Assembly (NCBI RefSeq): GCF_964204645.1
Contig: NC_134029.1
Coordinates: 13,790,850 to 13,854,849 of the forward strand
Source of the DNA: Tubulanus polymorphus
Taxonomy: Eukaryota > Animalia > Nemertea
Reading direction: 5' to 3'
DNA: 64,000 nucleotides
The position numbers were made by a program, and so were the translations under genes. This document shows positions 10,898-24,116 of this stretch, piece by piece (the first letter of the stretch is position 1; each line of letters opens with the position of its first letter). The notes under the pieces were generated by a model. It saw nothing but the letters and a program-made list of their open reading frames with translations, searched no databases and was not told the origin of the DNA.

Positions 10898-12363
10898 ATG
10901 AATATAACTGTAGGACCGAGTATATGTTTTGGATTTGATTTTAAACGTGAGAATGAAATGAAATTTGATAAAAATGATGTAATTACACATATTAAAAATA
11001 TTCCATTTTTTAATGAAACAACATTTGAGTATGAAAATAACAATAGATAAAGGAATTTATAATGTAGGAAAGATTACTGATTTAATTAGAGAATCTTTAT
11101 GATTTTATTATCGATGATATTAAAAAAATAATAACTGAAATATATAAAAATGAAACTAATAATAATATGAATGTTGAAATAATAATAACTAAGATAACTA
11201 AATATTTTGAAGATATTAATTTTCTTTCTAAATAAATGGCGGATCAGAAGTGGATTATGACTGGTTTATATTATGGAGCATTATTATCAGTGGGAACTGT
11301 TGGTTACACAAAGGTATTAAAAAATGTATTTAAAATGGGAAGTATTAATGTTGATAGATCTGATATCAATGATATTTTGAAATCAACATTAGCAGTTACC
11401 TTATCTAATTTAACAATTGAATATTTGGAAAAACAAAAAATATATTCCTCCTATTGATAGGTAATTTTTTTGTTAAATAAATGGCATCTGCAATTATAAC
11501 TATTATAGGATCGGCAATTGTTAACGCTTTAGCATTTACAGGTGGTGGTTGTTTATTTAAGCAAATTGATAAACATGGTTCATTATTAGATCAAAAAAGA
11601 CATAACTTAGCATTGGAAAAATATAATAAAGCAGCAGAAGAATATAGAGAAAAGAGACAAAATTACATGGATTATATTAATAAAGAATTATATAATCAGA
11701 AAATTTCACATAGAGATTTTCAATCAGTCGATGATGCAATGAGTTTATATAACGCAGTAACAAATCGTGAAAAACTACATCTATTTAAACCTAAATTATA
11801 AGATTATTATACCCCAAGTAAAGAACAACAACAATATGAAATAATTTGGATTTTAGGTGGAACAATTATTGTATTATTTGTTCCTTATAAATTTACTAAT
11901 TAGTAATTTTTTTACTCAATAAATGGATGATTAAGTTGATAATACTGATATTATTCCACATGATATAGATAAAACTAAATTAAAATTATATTTAGAAAAA
12001 CAAATACTAGAATTTGAAAATGATTTAAAAATTAAAAAGAAAAAATATTTAAAAAGTAAAATTATAAATTATTTTATTATAAGTAGTTCAATTACAGTTA
12101 CAATTAGTTCTGTAATAACATTTCTAGCGATATTCTCACCATTAACTCGTTTAGCTATCTCAATTGGAGCTTTAGGTTTAAGTTCAAGTGTATTAACCAG
12201 AATAAGTTCAAAATTAAATATAAAAAGTAAGAAAGAAAAAATAAAATCTAATATAAAAGAAATTAATAAATTGAAAAATAAATTAGATTATATTATTAGT
12301 TTAAATGGTAATATAACAATTGAAGAACAAGATAAATTATGAAAAGAATTAATGAACTATTAA
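10898..12363 (+). pseudogene. Four small Polinton genes (homologs of 47529-49014), mostly disrupted; 11236..11457 is open
   Basis: Collinear nucleotide similarity; TAAATG starts at 10898, 11236, 11481 and 11923. Confidence 0.75.
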
Positions 12364-12378
12364 TTTTTTATTATATAA

Positions 12379-15300
12379 ATGGCAGATAGTTTTCCAATAG
12401 CTTTCCAATATGATAAATCAATTAAATATAATATTCCAGCAATAGATCTTAATAAAAATATTTCGTATAGAAATGAAGTTTTAAATTCATTAATTAATTT
12501 AGATATTTATGACACTGAAAGTAATAATTTTAATGTAAAGATGGAAAATATATATCATGTATATGCAATTAATTTTAAAAATTTAAATGAGGTAAAACAA
12601 TGGTTATTAAAATCTAATATGAAGTATTGGCAGCACAAATTAAATTTTGCAGTTTATTGCGCAACAACCGGGTGTGGTATAAGTTGGAATGATCATTTAG
12701 ATAAACCAAGGTTACCATTAATATTATCACTTTTTAGATTTCATACATATTTTCAAATAAAATTAATATTAAATGAATTGGAATGTCCTTTACCGGGTTC
12801 AAAATATTTTAATGAACTAAATAAAAATATTAATTTTTCTAAGTTTTATAAAATATTTAATGAATTTAATATTAATTCAAATAATGATTTTAGAACAAAA
12901 ATTGGTACAAAGGTGGATTAAAAATATTATATACTAAAGAATCAGGTAAAATAATAACAAATACAGACAAAAGAACACTAAATTGGAATGAATTACCAAA
13001 ATATTATAATAATATACAACAACAAAACAATAATGGATGGATTAATTTCATTTTAGAAAATAGTGAAGGTTTTACAAAACCAGGTATACAAAGAATAAAT
13101 CAATCAATTAGAACTTATTTGATATGTATTCTAGGTGCTCAAGTTGAAACAAGATCAACAATAGTTGGAAATGATAATACTTCATTTGATGTGCAGAAAC
13201 AATTTAAAGTTTTATTTGAAGATTCTATTCATAATGATAAAAATAGATCGATTCCAGAAAATATAGTTAGATATCAAAATTATTAAGATAAATCACATAT
13301 TAGATTAAATTATTGTATAGGTCCTAATTAATTAATCATTTCTTATGATTTAGTATTAAAAATGGGAAATATAATTGGTTATTATAATCTAATTAAGAGT
13401 GGAACAATAAGTTTGGGTTAAATGATTTAAATAAAAAAACTATCACTGCTCCAAAACTAATGGAAGGTAAAAAAATTAAAAAATATATACAATCAACAGA
13501 AACTTAAAATATTAAATAAAATAATGATTCTAAAATAAAAGATATCAATACATCAGAAAATATAACAAGAGCCCCAAGGGGCACAATGGCCAACCTGTCA
13601 GATTTGCTTTTTATAAATGATGTAATCTGTGGGTTATTTATCAATATACACTCCCTGCTCAATGTCATTTACATAGTACAATCGTGTGTTAACACAGACA
13701 GCAGGAGCGAATGTAATATAGAAATACTAAGTTATTGTATTGTTCAACGCCCCTGGTGGCCATATACAAAAACCAATGAGCTTGAAACTCACCAAGATCA
13801 TAGACCATGTCATGAGCTACAACTTTCCAATTGATTGTGGTAGCAAAATATGCATAGGTACGAATGTAATATAGAAATACTAAGTTATTGTATTGTTCAA
13901 CGCCCCCTGGTGGCCATAAACAAAAACCAATGAGCTTGAAACTCACCTCAATCATAGAACATGTCATGAGCTACAACTTTCCAATTAATTATGGTAGCAA
14001 AATATGCTTAAGTATCAAAATGATGTGGCAAAACTTTTTTTCCACCTATGAATGAGTACTGATGACCCCAAGATGGCCGCCAATTGCGTCATAATTGCCT
14101 GGTCAAAAATACCCTCTCGGATATAAAAGATCCTTTTCCAAAGAATACCCATTACAAATTGCAATGAAAAATGGCACACCATTAGAAAGCTACAGGACTC
14201 AGAATTCAGGCCAAAATTAACATTTTTGGGAACAAAAAAGGTCACAGGACGGCCATCTTGAGTCCGATCGACCCAATTTTTCTCATGCCGATGGGCCCTT
14301 GGGGGATACAAATATATACGAATGATCAAGGTTATTGATAAAAGTGTCTTCAAAATTTCCCTCGAAAACTTCTAAAATGTGTAAAAAGTGCTGATTTTGG
14401 CGAACAACAATGGCTGCCAGTCGGCCATCTTGAATCTGACAGGGCCAGTTTTTGGCCTGAAGATGTGTCTAGGGTAGATACACATATAAACCAAATATCA
14501 AGACATTACCTTGAAGCGTCTTCAAAACTTTGGAACTCTCACGAACTATCTAGATGGTTATCTCTCGACTCAATAGCTTCAAGACCCATCTCAAAACAAC
14601 TTTGTTCCATGCAGCATACCATTAACTCTCGGAAAGCGAATTGGATTTAACATTTTTTTGGCGGAATAAAATTTGATTGAATTTGCAATTCGAGCACATG
14701 GCTTATTAGCATATCAAGTTCATACACTCGATTTGGGAAAAGAAATTTTTTGCGAACCTTGCGCAATTGTCAAGGATGAATTTTCTGTAGAGCAAATAAA
14801 AATTCCTCCCAAACACCAAATCAACTAAAGATTTCATAGAAATCGATCTTGAAATACGATTTTAAATCTTAAAATAAAACCCGGAAGTAAAACAATAGAC
14901 GATACCGCGGGTTCACGTGAACACCTGATTTCTGTAAACGAAATGTTGGTTGTGACAAAATTGTTCAGACGGTTTTAGGTGGTAATAAGTACGGAAACGT
15001 AACGACCATGGTCGACTTATTCGATGAAATCAGGCCTATGTGATATCCAAATTTTGACTTTTTTATTCTCCAGACCTCCCTGATATAGAAATAAAAAATT
15101 TTGGTGGTACGAATAGTGCAATCACAGCGCCGACGGCGACAGAGCCGTGTCAGAGATCGGCGGAGTGAAAATTGCGGAGGTGGACGAACACGAAGAAGTA
15201 GGCTATTGAGCTACTTGAATCGCGAAAACTCCTGGCGCGGCCCCGACGCTTTTCGTTGATTAAGTAGTACAAATATTAAGCAATGGGTTTTCACAATCTA

Positions 15301-16075
15301 CCGCCGGTGTTTACCGGATTTCAATATCACTCCAAAATTCAAAGAAACCTCGAAATATCGAACCGCAACACTTTCGGTAGATATCTGCAGCTGCCCAACC
15401 GGGAAACTTATTTGTTGATAGCATCGATAGGATCCATCATCTTCTCCCGTCAAGGGATTCGAACCCACTAAGCTAAAGCCATGCCAGAATCGGGTCGGGC
15501 CAATCACAGCGCTTGTAACAAACCACATTAGGCTTCTGTGGAATTTCCCAGTAAATGGGCCAATCAGCGAACACGTAGCGAACGCGGAAGTATTGTCGCG
15601 TGTTGATACATGACGTCATGCGCAAAAGCGCCAGTAATGAAATCGCGATAATTCACGTGAACAGCTGCTGATATTTTTAGATAAACCAATTACAGGGAAG
15701 ACACAACTTCCTGATTGGCTGATAAAAATTGAAATTTTCCCGATTTTATTTTCGTGAAAAATGCAGAAAACATTTTTATGAAAGCCTATTTCAAAATTCT
15801 GCTCGCTACGATTCCGAGAATGGATTACGCTTAAATACGTGATTTGTTCGAATATGCCCTCACCTGGCAAGCAAATGAGCCTTTTGTGTGGAAACCATGT
15901 CATTTAAATTCGCTCCATTTGTATAGTAATAGGCTCAGCCTACGGCTGGCCTAAAAACTGATAATATTCAGCATGAAATAATTAAAAGTAATAATGATAA
16001 TAAATCACATGAAAATATTAAATTAGTTATAACTTGCATAGGTATTATAATAGGAGGAATATTATATTTTTAATT
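12379..16075 (+). pseudogene. Conserved Polinton protein (LNFAVYCATTGCGIS motif), split by the 13564-15954 insertion
   Basis: Homolog of 49027-50413. Confidence 0.75.
13564..15954 (+). mobile_element. Non-autonomous Helentron-type (HINE-like) element
   Basis: Begins aacaagagccccaagggg, has two ~147-bp tandem units, ends in the hairpin taggctcagcctacggctggccta; inserted in an A-run without an evident TSD; closely similar copy at 38440-40672. Confidence 0.75.
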
Positions 16076-17314
16076 TTAATTTTTTTAAGATATAAATGGA
16101 AGTAGAAGGTGTGGAAGATTATGTAAGGTACTTTCGATGAACCCGGCATAACTGAGGAACCACAACCTGATTTTAATGAAACAAATTCTAATAATGATGA
16201 AACCGCATATAATAATAATAATTTAAATATGCCTGATTATATCAAAAATGCAGAATCACAATTAAATCCTGAAAATTTAGATTCAGATTTTGTAAAACAA
16301 GATTTAGATGATTTAAACAAAATACCTAAATTAGAACGTATAATTGAAAATTCTAAACTTAATATAAATGATGACGACGTTGGACCTTTGGCAGATCAAT
16401 TAAAATTTTTAGATAATGGTTAATGGTATTATCATTTGAAAGGTGATTATTATATTGATATCACTTATAAAAATAATAAAAATAAAATATTAGCAAAATA
16501 GAATTAAAAGAATAAGTATTAGTAATGTAATAACTGATGTTTTAAAACAAGAATTAACTAATGATGATATAGAGGTATTTAAACTAAGAATTAATGAATT
16601 ATTTGAAATAATCAAAAAGAAATCAGAAAGAGAAACAACTTCTGAACAGAATATAACTTTCAAAATTAGTAAACTTAATTCAAATAAAGTTCCAATTGAA
16701 AAACTTTTACCGAATGGATTAATTGATGCAACAGATCAAGAATTAGATTTAAATATATTTACTGATTAAGCAATTAGAGAAATTATTAGTATAAGAAATA
16801 AAGCTGATAAATTTGCGCATGATAAAAGTATACGAGAGTTTTTAAAATTAGAACTTTAGAAAAAGAAAAAACTGATAAAAATAAAGTTATTGAAGAAATT
16901 TAAAACAAGAGGCCCATGGGCCTTGAAGCATTGGTAGATTATACTGCGGTATTAAGTGGTTATAATGTTTTACATCTGCCGGCAAATCTTCTATGACGAT
17001 GTTAATTGGGAGGTGGCAATAAAGATGGCGGACAACTAGACGGTCGAGTGTTGATCGAGCTCCGTTAATTCTTAAATTCTGGAAATTCATGCATCCTGAT
17101 GGGACTTAAAGAATATACGTTAAGTCTGCAATTTTATATCAATTCTGCCGATGTCAAAATTTGTTTTGAATTCCGTCTGTGGACTTCTGTGGGTGACTTT
17201 AGACAGAATACATTTTAGATAACTCTGAAGCTCGGTACTGTGTAGTACACACCATAGCAGAACTTTTGTCACGGTCGACTGATTTTTGTGTGAATAACCA
17301 TAAACTATTACCGT

Positions 17315-18520
17315 ATGAACACTGACGGCACGCTTACGCCTGCACAGGCTGTTGGTCAGAAAACTAAACATAACCTGCTGTCACCTGACGGCGCTAGTCC
17401 TGAACAAAAACGACAAAATATAGATATGGAAGCAATCAGTGAAAAAATGGACAAAATTTTGACTGAACTCTCGGAGTCCAAAGCTCGACAAGAATCAAAT
17501 GCAAAAATTCTCCAGGAACTCTCTGATATTAAGCCCAAGTTCGAGTCAGTTGAAGGGGAACTCCAGTTCACTAAAATCGAGAATATCCGGCTATCTGAAA
17601 AAATCAAGTGTTTAGATGGCAGGTTGCTGAGAGCAGAGTCAGAAATCAAAGCTCTGCACGAATCTTTAATTGACCTGCGTACCCGCCAAATGAAAAAGAA
17701 TATCATTATAAACAATATTCCGGAAAGTGCGAATGAGAACATTGACCAAATTGTCGAATCCGTTTTCATTAACGACATGAAGATACCAAAAGAGGACGTC
17801 GACTCATCACGCGTTGACATCGATGTTACACACAGATTCGGTGGCGGTAATGCCAGGCCCATTGTTGTTAGCTTTGTGTCCAGGAAGAGCAAACTATTCG
17901 TAATGGGTTGCAGTTACAATCTTAAAGGATCCGATTATTACATGAAAGACCAGGTGCCGTATGAAATAGGCGATAAAGCTGCAGCCCAGTATCAGTCCTT
18001 CAAAGCGTTGAAATCAGTTCCCGATAACAAAGTGAAGCTAGTTAGGGACAAACTATATATAAATAACAAACTGATTGATCCTGGCTTCCTAAAAAATCCG
18101 TTCCAATTAACAACCGAAAACCTGTCCGATGTTAATTATTCTGATATCTACCATGCTCCAGTCAAGTCTGAAAGTGGTTGTAAGCTTCAGGCACACGTCC
18201 TAATTACAAAATACGAACGTGATTGTAAAACGGCGTTAGCAAAACTAATGGCTGTTCCTCAACTCGCTACAGCTGCTCACGACGTGTACGCATATAGAAT
18301 AAGTGATGGTGATTCTATGATCGATGGCTTCAACGATGACCGCTTGTATGGATGTGGAAAGATAATTCTCGACCTGCTGCAAAAAATTAATATTAACGGC
18401 ATAATTGCTCTGAGCGCTTCAGACGGCGTAAGACGACTTAAACAACGCGAAGGTGGTCGTATTATATCCGAAATCTGCCAGTCGTCCCTCACAACAGCAC
18501 GTGATATTAAAATGGACTAG
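17315..18520 (+). CDS. LINE ORF1: coiled coil, L1-type RRM-like region and C-terminal IMPACT/UPF0029-like domain
   Basis: RQMKKNIIINNIPE...VTHRFG...RPIVVSF; AAHDVYAYRI...NDDRLYGCGKIILDLL. Confidence 0.8.
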   Translation: MNTDGTLTPAQAVGQKTKHNLLSPDGASPEQKRQNIDMEAISEKMDKILTELSESKARQESNAKILQELSDIKPKFESVEGELQFTKIENIRLSEKIKCLDGRLLRAESEIKALHESLIDLRTRQMKKNIIINNIPESANENIDQIVESVFINDMKIPKEDVDSSRVDIDVTHRFGGGNARPIVVSFVSRKSKLFVMGCSYNLKGSDYYMKDQVPYEIGDKAAAQYQSFKALKSVPDNKVKLVRDKLYINNKLIDPGFLKNPFQLTTENLSDVNYSDIYHAPVKSESGCKLQAHVLITKYERDCKTALAKLMAVPQLATAAHDVYAYRISDGDSMIDGFNDDRLYGCGKIILDLLQKININGIIALSASDGVRRLKQREGGRIISEICQSSLTTARDIKMD

Positions 18521-19245
18521 TCCTGTCTAACAAATTATAAGCTACTTAATACTGTCCGGTAATCACAACTTAATAACTTACTGCCATTATCAATCGGAGC
18601 TCAGTACATACACTTTTATCTAATGTACTGCATGGCTCTCAAACAGACTTTATTCTGGTTCATATTGCTGTTACTGTATAACTTTATGGGAATTGTTTTC
18701 CCGAATTTAAGCACTGTCGATAGAGATGTCGTATATTTTGCTGTGTTAGTTATTCTTATCAAACCGTCGAAGGAATACAGGGTAGGCGTCGGCTGATATG
18801 ATGCCTGTTGATTACTTATCTCACAGGACCTTGACTGGTGTTTATGTAAATTCTGGCATCACCACATCAATGAAGCGAACCGTCCTAAATGGTGCGTTGC
18901 TTTTTCCCCCCTCGATATTTTCACTGGCTAATGGTATGCGCACTTGCTCTGCTGGCAACTGTTATTTTGCTTGAATTTCATACGGTATGTTTCCCAAAAG
19001 CGGTTCTACTTAAGTGGGTCTATGTCTCAGTAATTATCCTGCTATATAGCGTTAGTGTCACCATGTTAATAGCTGTCGTGAGTTATGGCTGGGTATTGTT
19101 TTACAACAGATATTTTTGTCACATATTTAACGCAAAATTTATGATAAATACGCTAGGTGCTTTGTTTTTCCTCCTTTTCCTTCCTGGCATCGGTAACTAT
19201 TCGTTTATTCTTACCACTAAATCGGTACTGCTCCTGCTCTGTGGA

Positions 19246-19269
19246 GATATTGAACTAAATCCTGGCCCC
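19246..19269 (+). other. 2A-like StopGo motif DIELNPG|P
   Basis: LLLLCGDIELNPGP matches the D(V/I)ExNPGP consensus. Confidence 0.85.
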
Positions 19270-20985
19270 TCAGTTGACCCCAACTGTCTTTTTGCCAATG
19301 TAAATAGTATCGGTGCAAATGATAACCAGCGTTTCAACTATTTAAAGACTCTTGTCTCGAAACATGAATACAAAATAATTGGTCTCTGTGAAGTAGGAAA
19401 CCTAACCGGGAAAAAAGAGGATTATGAACTTGATAATTATACAATGTTATACATACCAGAAAACCGAGGTATTGCACTTTACTATCATGACTCGGTTGTG
19501 TGTCACAAACTTGACAAAGTAATCAGATGGAGCAACTCTATCTGGGTGAAACTGCGCTGTAATTTCAATAACGCTATTTTAGGTGTCTGTTATAGGTCGC
19601 CCTCACAATCTGCAGACCAACGTAAAGATTACCTTAAAGAACTGAAAAACTCTATTTCTCTTGCTCAACATCAATTAAACACCGTTAACGACTCGCTTCT
19701 GATCTTTGGAGATTTTAACAGTAAAAATAATCTCTTTTGCAAATCTGACACTACTGACACTTCAGGTCGCCAACTTAAGATTTTAATAGACGACTTACAT
19801 CTTAACCAAATGATAAATGAACCCACCCGTATCACTTCAGATAGTTCTTCTTGCATCGACTTACTACTAACAGATTCTCCCGGTCATCTTCTTCAGCATG
19901 ATGTTATAGCCCCAATCGAAAAATCGGATCACTGCGCTCTCTCTGTTAAACTCAATTCGCGTTGTACCGCGCCAAACACAAACGCCGAAAAAATTATCTG
20001 GAAATATGACCAATGCAACCTGGCGGAGCTTAACCGGAGTATCAATACATACGACTGGAGCCCTATTCTCGACAAGAACGTGAATGATTGCACATTCCTA
20101 CTTTCAACTAAACTTATGAATTTCTTCAAAGCCAACATACCACACGCAATGAAAATCATTAAACCAAATGACCAACCGTGGTTCAGTCCGAAATTAAACA
20201 CGGCTATTAATAAGCGTCAACGTCTATATAAATCTTTTAAACGTACACAAAGCATCTTCCACCTAAATCGTTATATAGAACAAGATTCTCTAGTACAGGC
20301 TATGATTAAAAATTCGCGGATCAGCTACCAAAATAACTTGCTTGATCGTCTCGATCACGCCGCGACTAACGTTAAAGGTTACTGGTTCTTAATAAAGAAA
20401 CTAATGGGTAATAAATTCCAGTCTATTATTCCGCCCTTAATTGACCCTGTGTCCAACCGTACAGTTCATAGTCAAGTTGACAAGGCTCATTTATTCCTCA
20501 CTAATTTGATAGCGAAATATCACTTACCAGTTAATAACAACCCTGCACTCCCTGTTTTTCCAAATAAATGCCCCCATAATATAAACTTACCGCGAACTAA
20601 TCCAGATGATGTTCGCAAAGTTATCCTTAATCTTGATACAAACAAAGCATGTGGCCATGACCTAATGACAAATAAAATGCTGAAACTGTGTGTCGATAGT
20701 TTATCCCCTTTATTAGCACGACTTTTTAACAAACCTATTGATGATAGCTCTTTCCCTGAGTGTTGGAAACTTGGAACGGTCACTGTCATCTACAAGAAAG
20801 GCTCAGGCAGTAAATCTAACCCGGCAAACTACAGACCTATAACACTTCTACCCTCACTATCTAAAGTATTTGAAAGAATTGTGTACAACAGTATTAGTCA
20901 TCACTTACTAAGCAACGACCTTATTTACGCTAACCAATCCGGTTTCCTTGCGGGTCACTCGACAGCGGACCAACTTTTGGCTATA

Positions 20986-22037
20986 ACCCAGCTAGCACAC
21001 AACGTTCATACAACATTCGGAAACGTTCGTGAAAGTTGTGTGATAGTTTATAATGTAACGTTCAGGCGATAACGTTTTCTGAAGGTTTTTCTAAACGTTA
21101 TCATCCAAAAGCCTGCAGCAAATTATTAGTTAAGTCAGATATCATCAATATAGTCCGTTTTAAGCAAATCCCGACGTGGATTCCTACATTTTAATACCAT
21201 TTGAAAGCAAGATTCAAACTTTCGGGATAAAGAAAAATATGGGATTCGAAACCGATGGATATCGTGACATATCAAAGCAGGAAGTGTTCGCCATTGTTCA
21301 TTAATCAGCTTTAAGCGGCGTGTTTAAGGGATTTAAAAATCGTTTATTTACTAAGGTACGTTATTCAATCCACAAATTTTGATACTTTCAATATATGGAA
21401 AATTACCGATAGAATGTTTTTGAAACAATCTTTTATGTAGAAACCCACGTTAGAGACCTTTTCGTCGGGTTTTATATCAATGAAATGACCTAACTGTTGT
21501 TCTCCAATAACAAGCATAACAATCCCTGTATGTATGGATGAAATGAACTTCAAGGCTTAACACAACCATGAAAATAAAAGTTTCTGTATCATTTCCTTTT
21601 TATTTTAGGAATCACAAAGACTGCCAGCTACGCTGTAACGACGACGACTGGTGCACTGGAGAACTAACTTACGAGTGAATAATTTCGATATTATTTTATT
21701 ATACATGTATATATACGTAGTTACAAAATAAAAGTTAGGTAAAATAATTCAAATATTAGTTAGTTGAAAGGGATTTATTCGAGCTCGTGAAAGAGGACAT
21801 CATGGTTATAATGTAACGTCATACGAACGTTATTGGAATGTTTTTATCAAGCTCAATGGTTGCAGAGAGGTTGTGAAGTAACGTTCAGTCAACGTTATCA
21901 AAAACGTTCTGTGAACCTTAAAATACATTTACAAAAGAACGTTCCACAAACGTTGCACGAACGTTCAACATTAACGTTAAAACGTTAGTGAAAAACTTTT
22001 AGAAAACGTTCTTTGAACGTTTTTTTGTTAGCTGGGT
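20986..22037. mobile_element. Unclassified non-autonomous TIR element with subterminal AACGTT repeats
   Basis: Ends acccagcta...tagctgggt; many aacgtt motifs at both ends; interrupts the RT gene. Confidence 0.8.
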
Positions 22038-23939
22038 ACCTCCGTCTTATTCGATAATTTTAATCGCAACAAATATACTCGCTCGGTCTTCCTGGACATT
22101 TCTGCTGCATTGGACACTCTTCCTCATTATCTCCTCATCCACAAGCTAAAATCCTACGGTATTACTGGAAATGCGCTGTCTTTGATTTCAAGCTACCTCG
22201 ATAACCGCCGGATACGCATTAAAGTCGACTCAACTTGCTCGGACGTATCTCCGGATGGCTATATCAACACTGGTGTGCCCCAGGGTTCGATCTTGGGGCC
22301 TCTTTTATTCCTACTCTACATTAATGATCTCCCAGATAAACTCATTTCTAAAACGTTCCTTTATCCAGACGACACCTCTCTTTATATCCCAATTGACCCA
22401 GAAAACCCCGCAGCTGGAAACTCTATACTGCAATCGGACCTAAACAAGATCTTTGAGTGGTCGCAAACATGGTGCCTATCCTTTAAACCCTCGAAAAGCG
22501 TCGATATGATTTTTAGTAAGAAAGGCTCTAAAAAGTTTGCCGCGCTGAAGTTGGGAAACGAAGTCATTCCGAGCAAAAAAACCCACAAACATTTAGGATT
22601 CATCTTTGACGAGAATCTCTCGTTTAATGACCATGTGGAGTCTCTAGCAAATAAGGTGCAAAAATTGATAAATCCACTTAAGCACTTATCCCGGTTTGTT
22701 ACATCCCGTCATCTCAATAAAATTTACTCGTCCTTCATTAGCCCTCATTTCGACTATGGAGACATATTGTACAACAGTGCAAGTAAAGCCTCCCTCGCAA
22801 AACTGGACCGAGTCCACTACTCAGCAGCTTTTTGCGTTTCCGGGTGTATCCGTGGCTCGAATTATAGCAAAGTCCTTTCTTGTCTAAACTGGAAAACACT
22901 CGATACTCGTAGGAAAGAACGACTTAAAACATATATGTACCGAGTCTCATCAGGAAATATTCCCACTTACGTCTCTACTATCTTTAATACATACAAATCG
23001 GTTCGACCTCGCTTCATCAGAAATCCTCGACCCTTCACCATACCAGCCGGCACTAGTGCGAAAATTCGTTCGTCTCCCTCCTTTTTACTCATGGACACCT
23101 GGAACAACACCGACAATAATCTTCGCTCGCTGACTACGCTTTCCCTATTCAAGTCTCGTATCAAACATCAAGTTTCGACTGCTGTTCCAACCTACTTGAT
23201 TAAGGACATAAACCGCGCCGACCTCCTTTTAAAATCTCAACTTCATGTTCACAACTTTATTAATGTCCTTAATCCAACATGCAACTTGTGTAACAAACCA
23301 GCTAACACTAAACACTTTATGCTTAAATGCCAGTCACCTGGTCACAAAACAAAAATCGACGCGCTGTTTTCCTCATTCGACAACAAAATAACTGATCACA
23401 TCTCAAATCTCACTGAAACCAATAAGATAAACTTCCTACTTAACGGCAACATCTCCCTTTTCGACCTTCGCACTAACACTCAAATGCTAAAAAATGTTTC
23501 AAAATTTATTCTTAGTAACTACCAACAATTCCAACATTAGACACCTACACTGTACAGTACCTGCTCTGTTAGCCATCTCATATAAACCATCGTGTAACAT
23601 TTCTAAATTTATGTCTGGTTTACGCCGAATTTGTAACTTGTAAATGTTTAACTTAACCATTTTGCCTATAATGTACTTGTACCTTGGCACTGGAACTTAT
23701 ATTATAATGTATATCAATATTCGGAATAAACATCTTTATAACTGAAAAAAAAATGCGATTCTGTTAAAAAGACGAAACTAGTTTATTCTGATGTTTTCCA
23801 TCATGTCCCAGCCAAGATATTTATATCAATCAAGATTTGGATACAAAAAACCCATTTTTACGCATGAACTGATGCATGTACGCATGCAAAACGTCGCAGA
23901 GAGCGATGCCGGCGTTGGTGTCACTGAGGCCGGCTGATG

Positions 23940-24116
23940 ATTGTTTGTTTGTCTTTTTGTTTGTTTGGCTTTACGTACGTCGTTTGGATCTTGGTTTCCC
24001 AAGACTATTCCTATTGGACACACTGTTCGCAGCCAGCAGGACTCGAACCCACTTGTCACTCAGCATTGATAGTGGATTCAACAGCATCACGCCTTATCTC
24101 ACTGAGCTACCGAGGC
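23940..24116 (-). mobile_element. tRNA-derived SINE
   Basis: Minus strand GCCTCGGTAGCTCAGTG (A box)...GGTTCGAGTCC (B box)...(CAAA)n tail. Confidence 0.65.

Larger units (their letters stand above)
18889..23540 (+). pseudogene. LINE ORF2 (2A-like peptide, APE endonuclease, reverse transcriptase), interrupted by a 1.05-kb insertion
   Basis: CYRSPS, GDFN, CIDLLL, SDH (APE); NYRPITLL, QSGF, GVPQGSILGP, YPDD (RT); the frame is restored by removing 20986-22037. Confidence 0.9.
17120..23752 (+). mobile_element. CR1/L2-group non-LTR retrotransposon, near full length (5' boundary approximate)
   Basis: ORF1, APE-RT ORF2, 3' UTR with aataaa and an A-tail at ~23745-23752. Confidence 0.88.

Noticed and set aside
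15440-15500. tRNA-like B box (gggttcgaatccc on the minus strand; also ~40175 and ~21240)
   Set aside because: No complete cloverleaf; fragments inside repeats
13586-15903. ORFs within HINE-like elements (also 38618-39561, 36854-37975, 30802-31127)
   Set aside because: Frames are not conserved between the two copies of the same family and there are no motifs
17356-17892. Antisense ORFs over LINE and BEL coding regions (also 59936-61914)
   Set aside because: Shadow frames of genuine coding sequence
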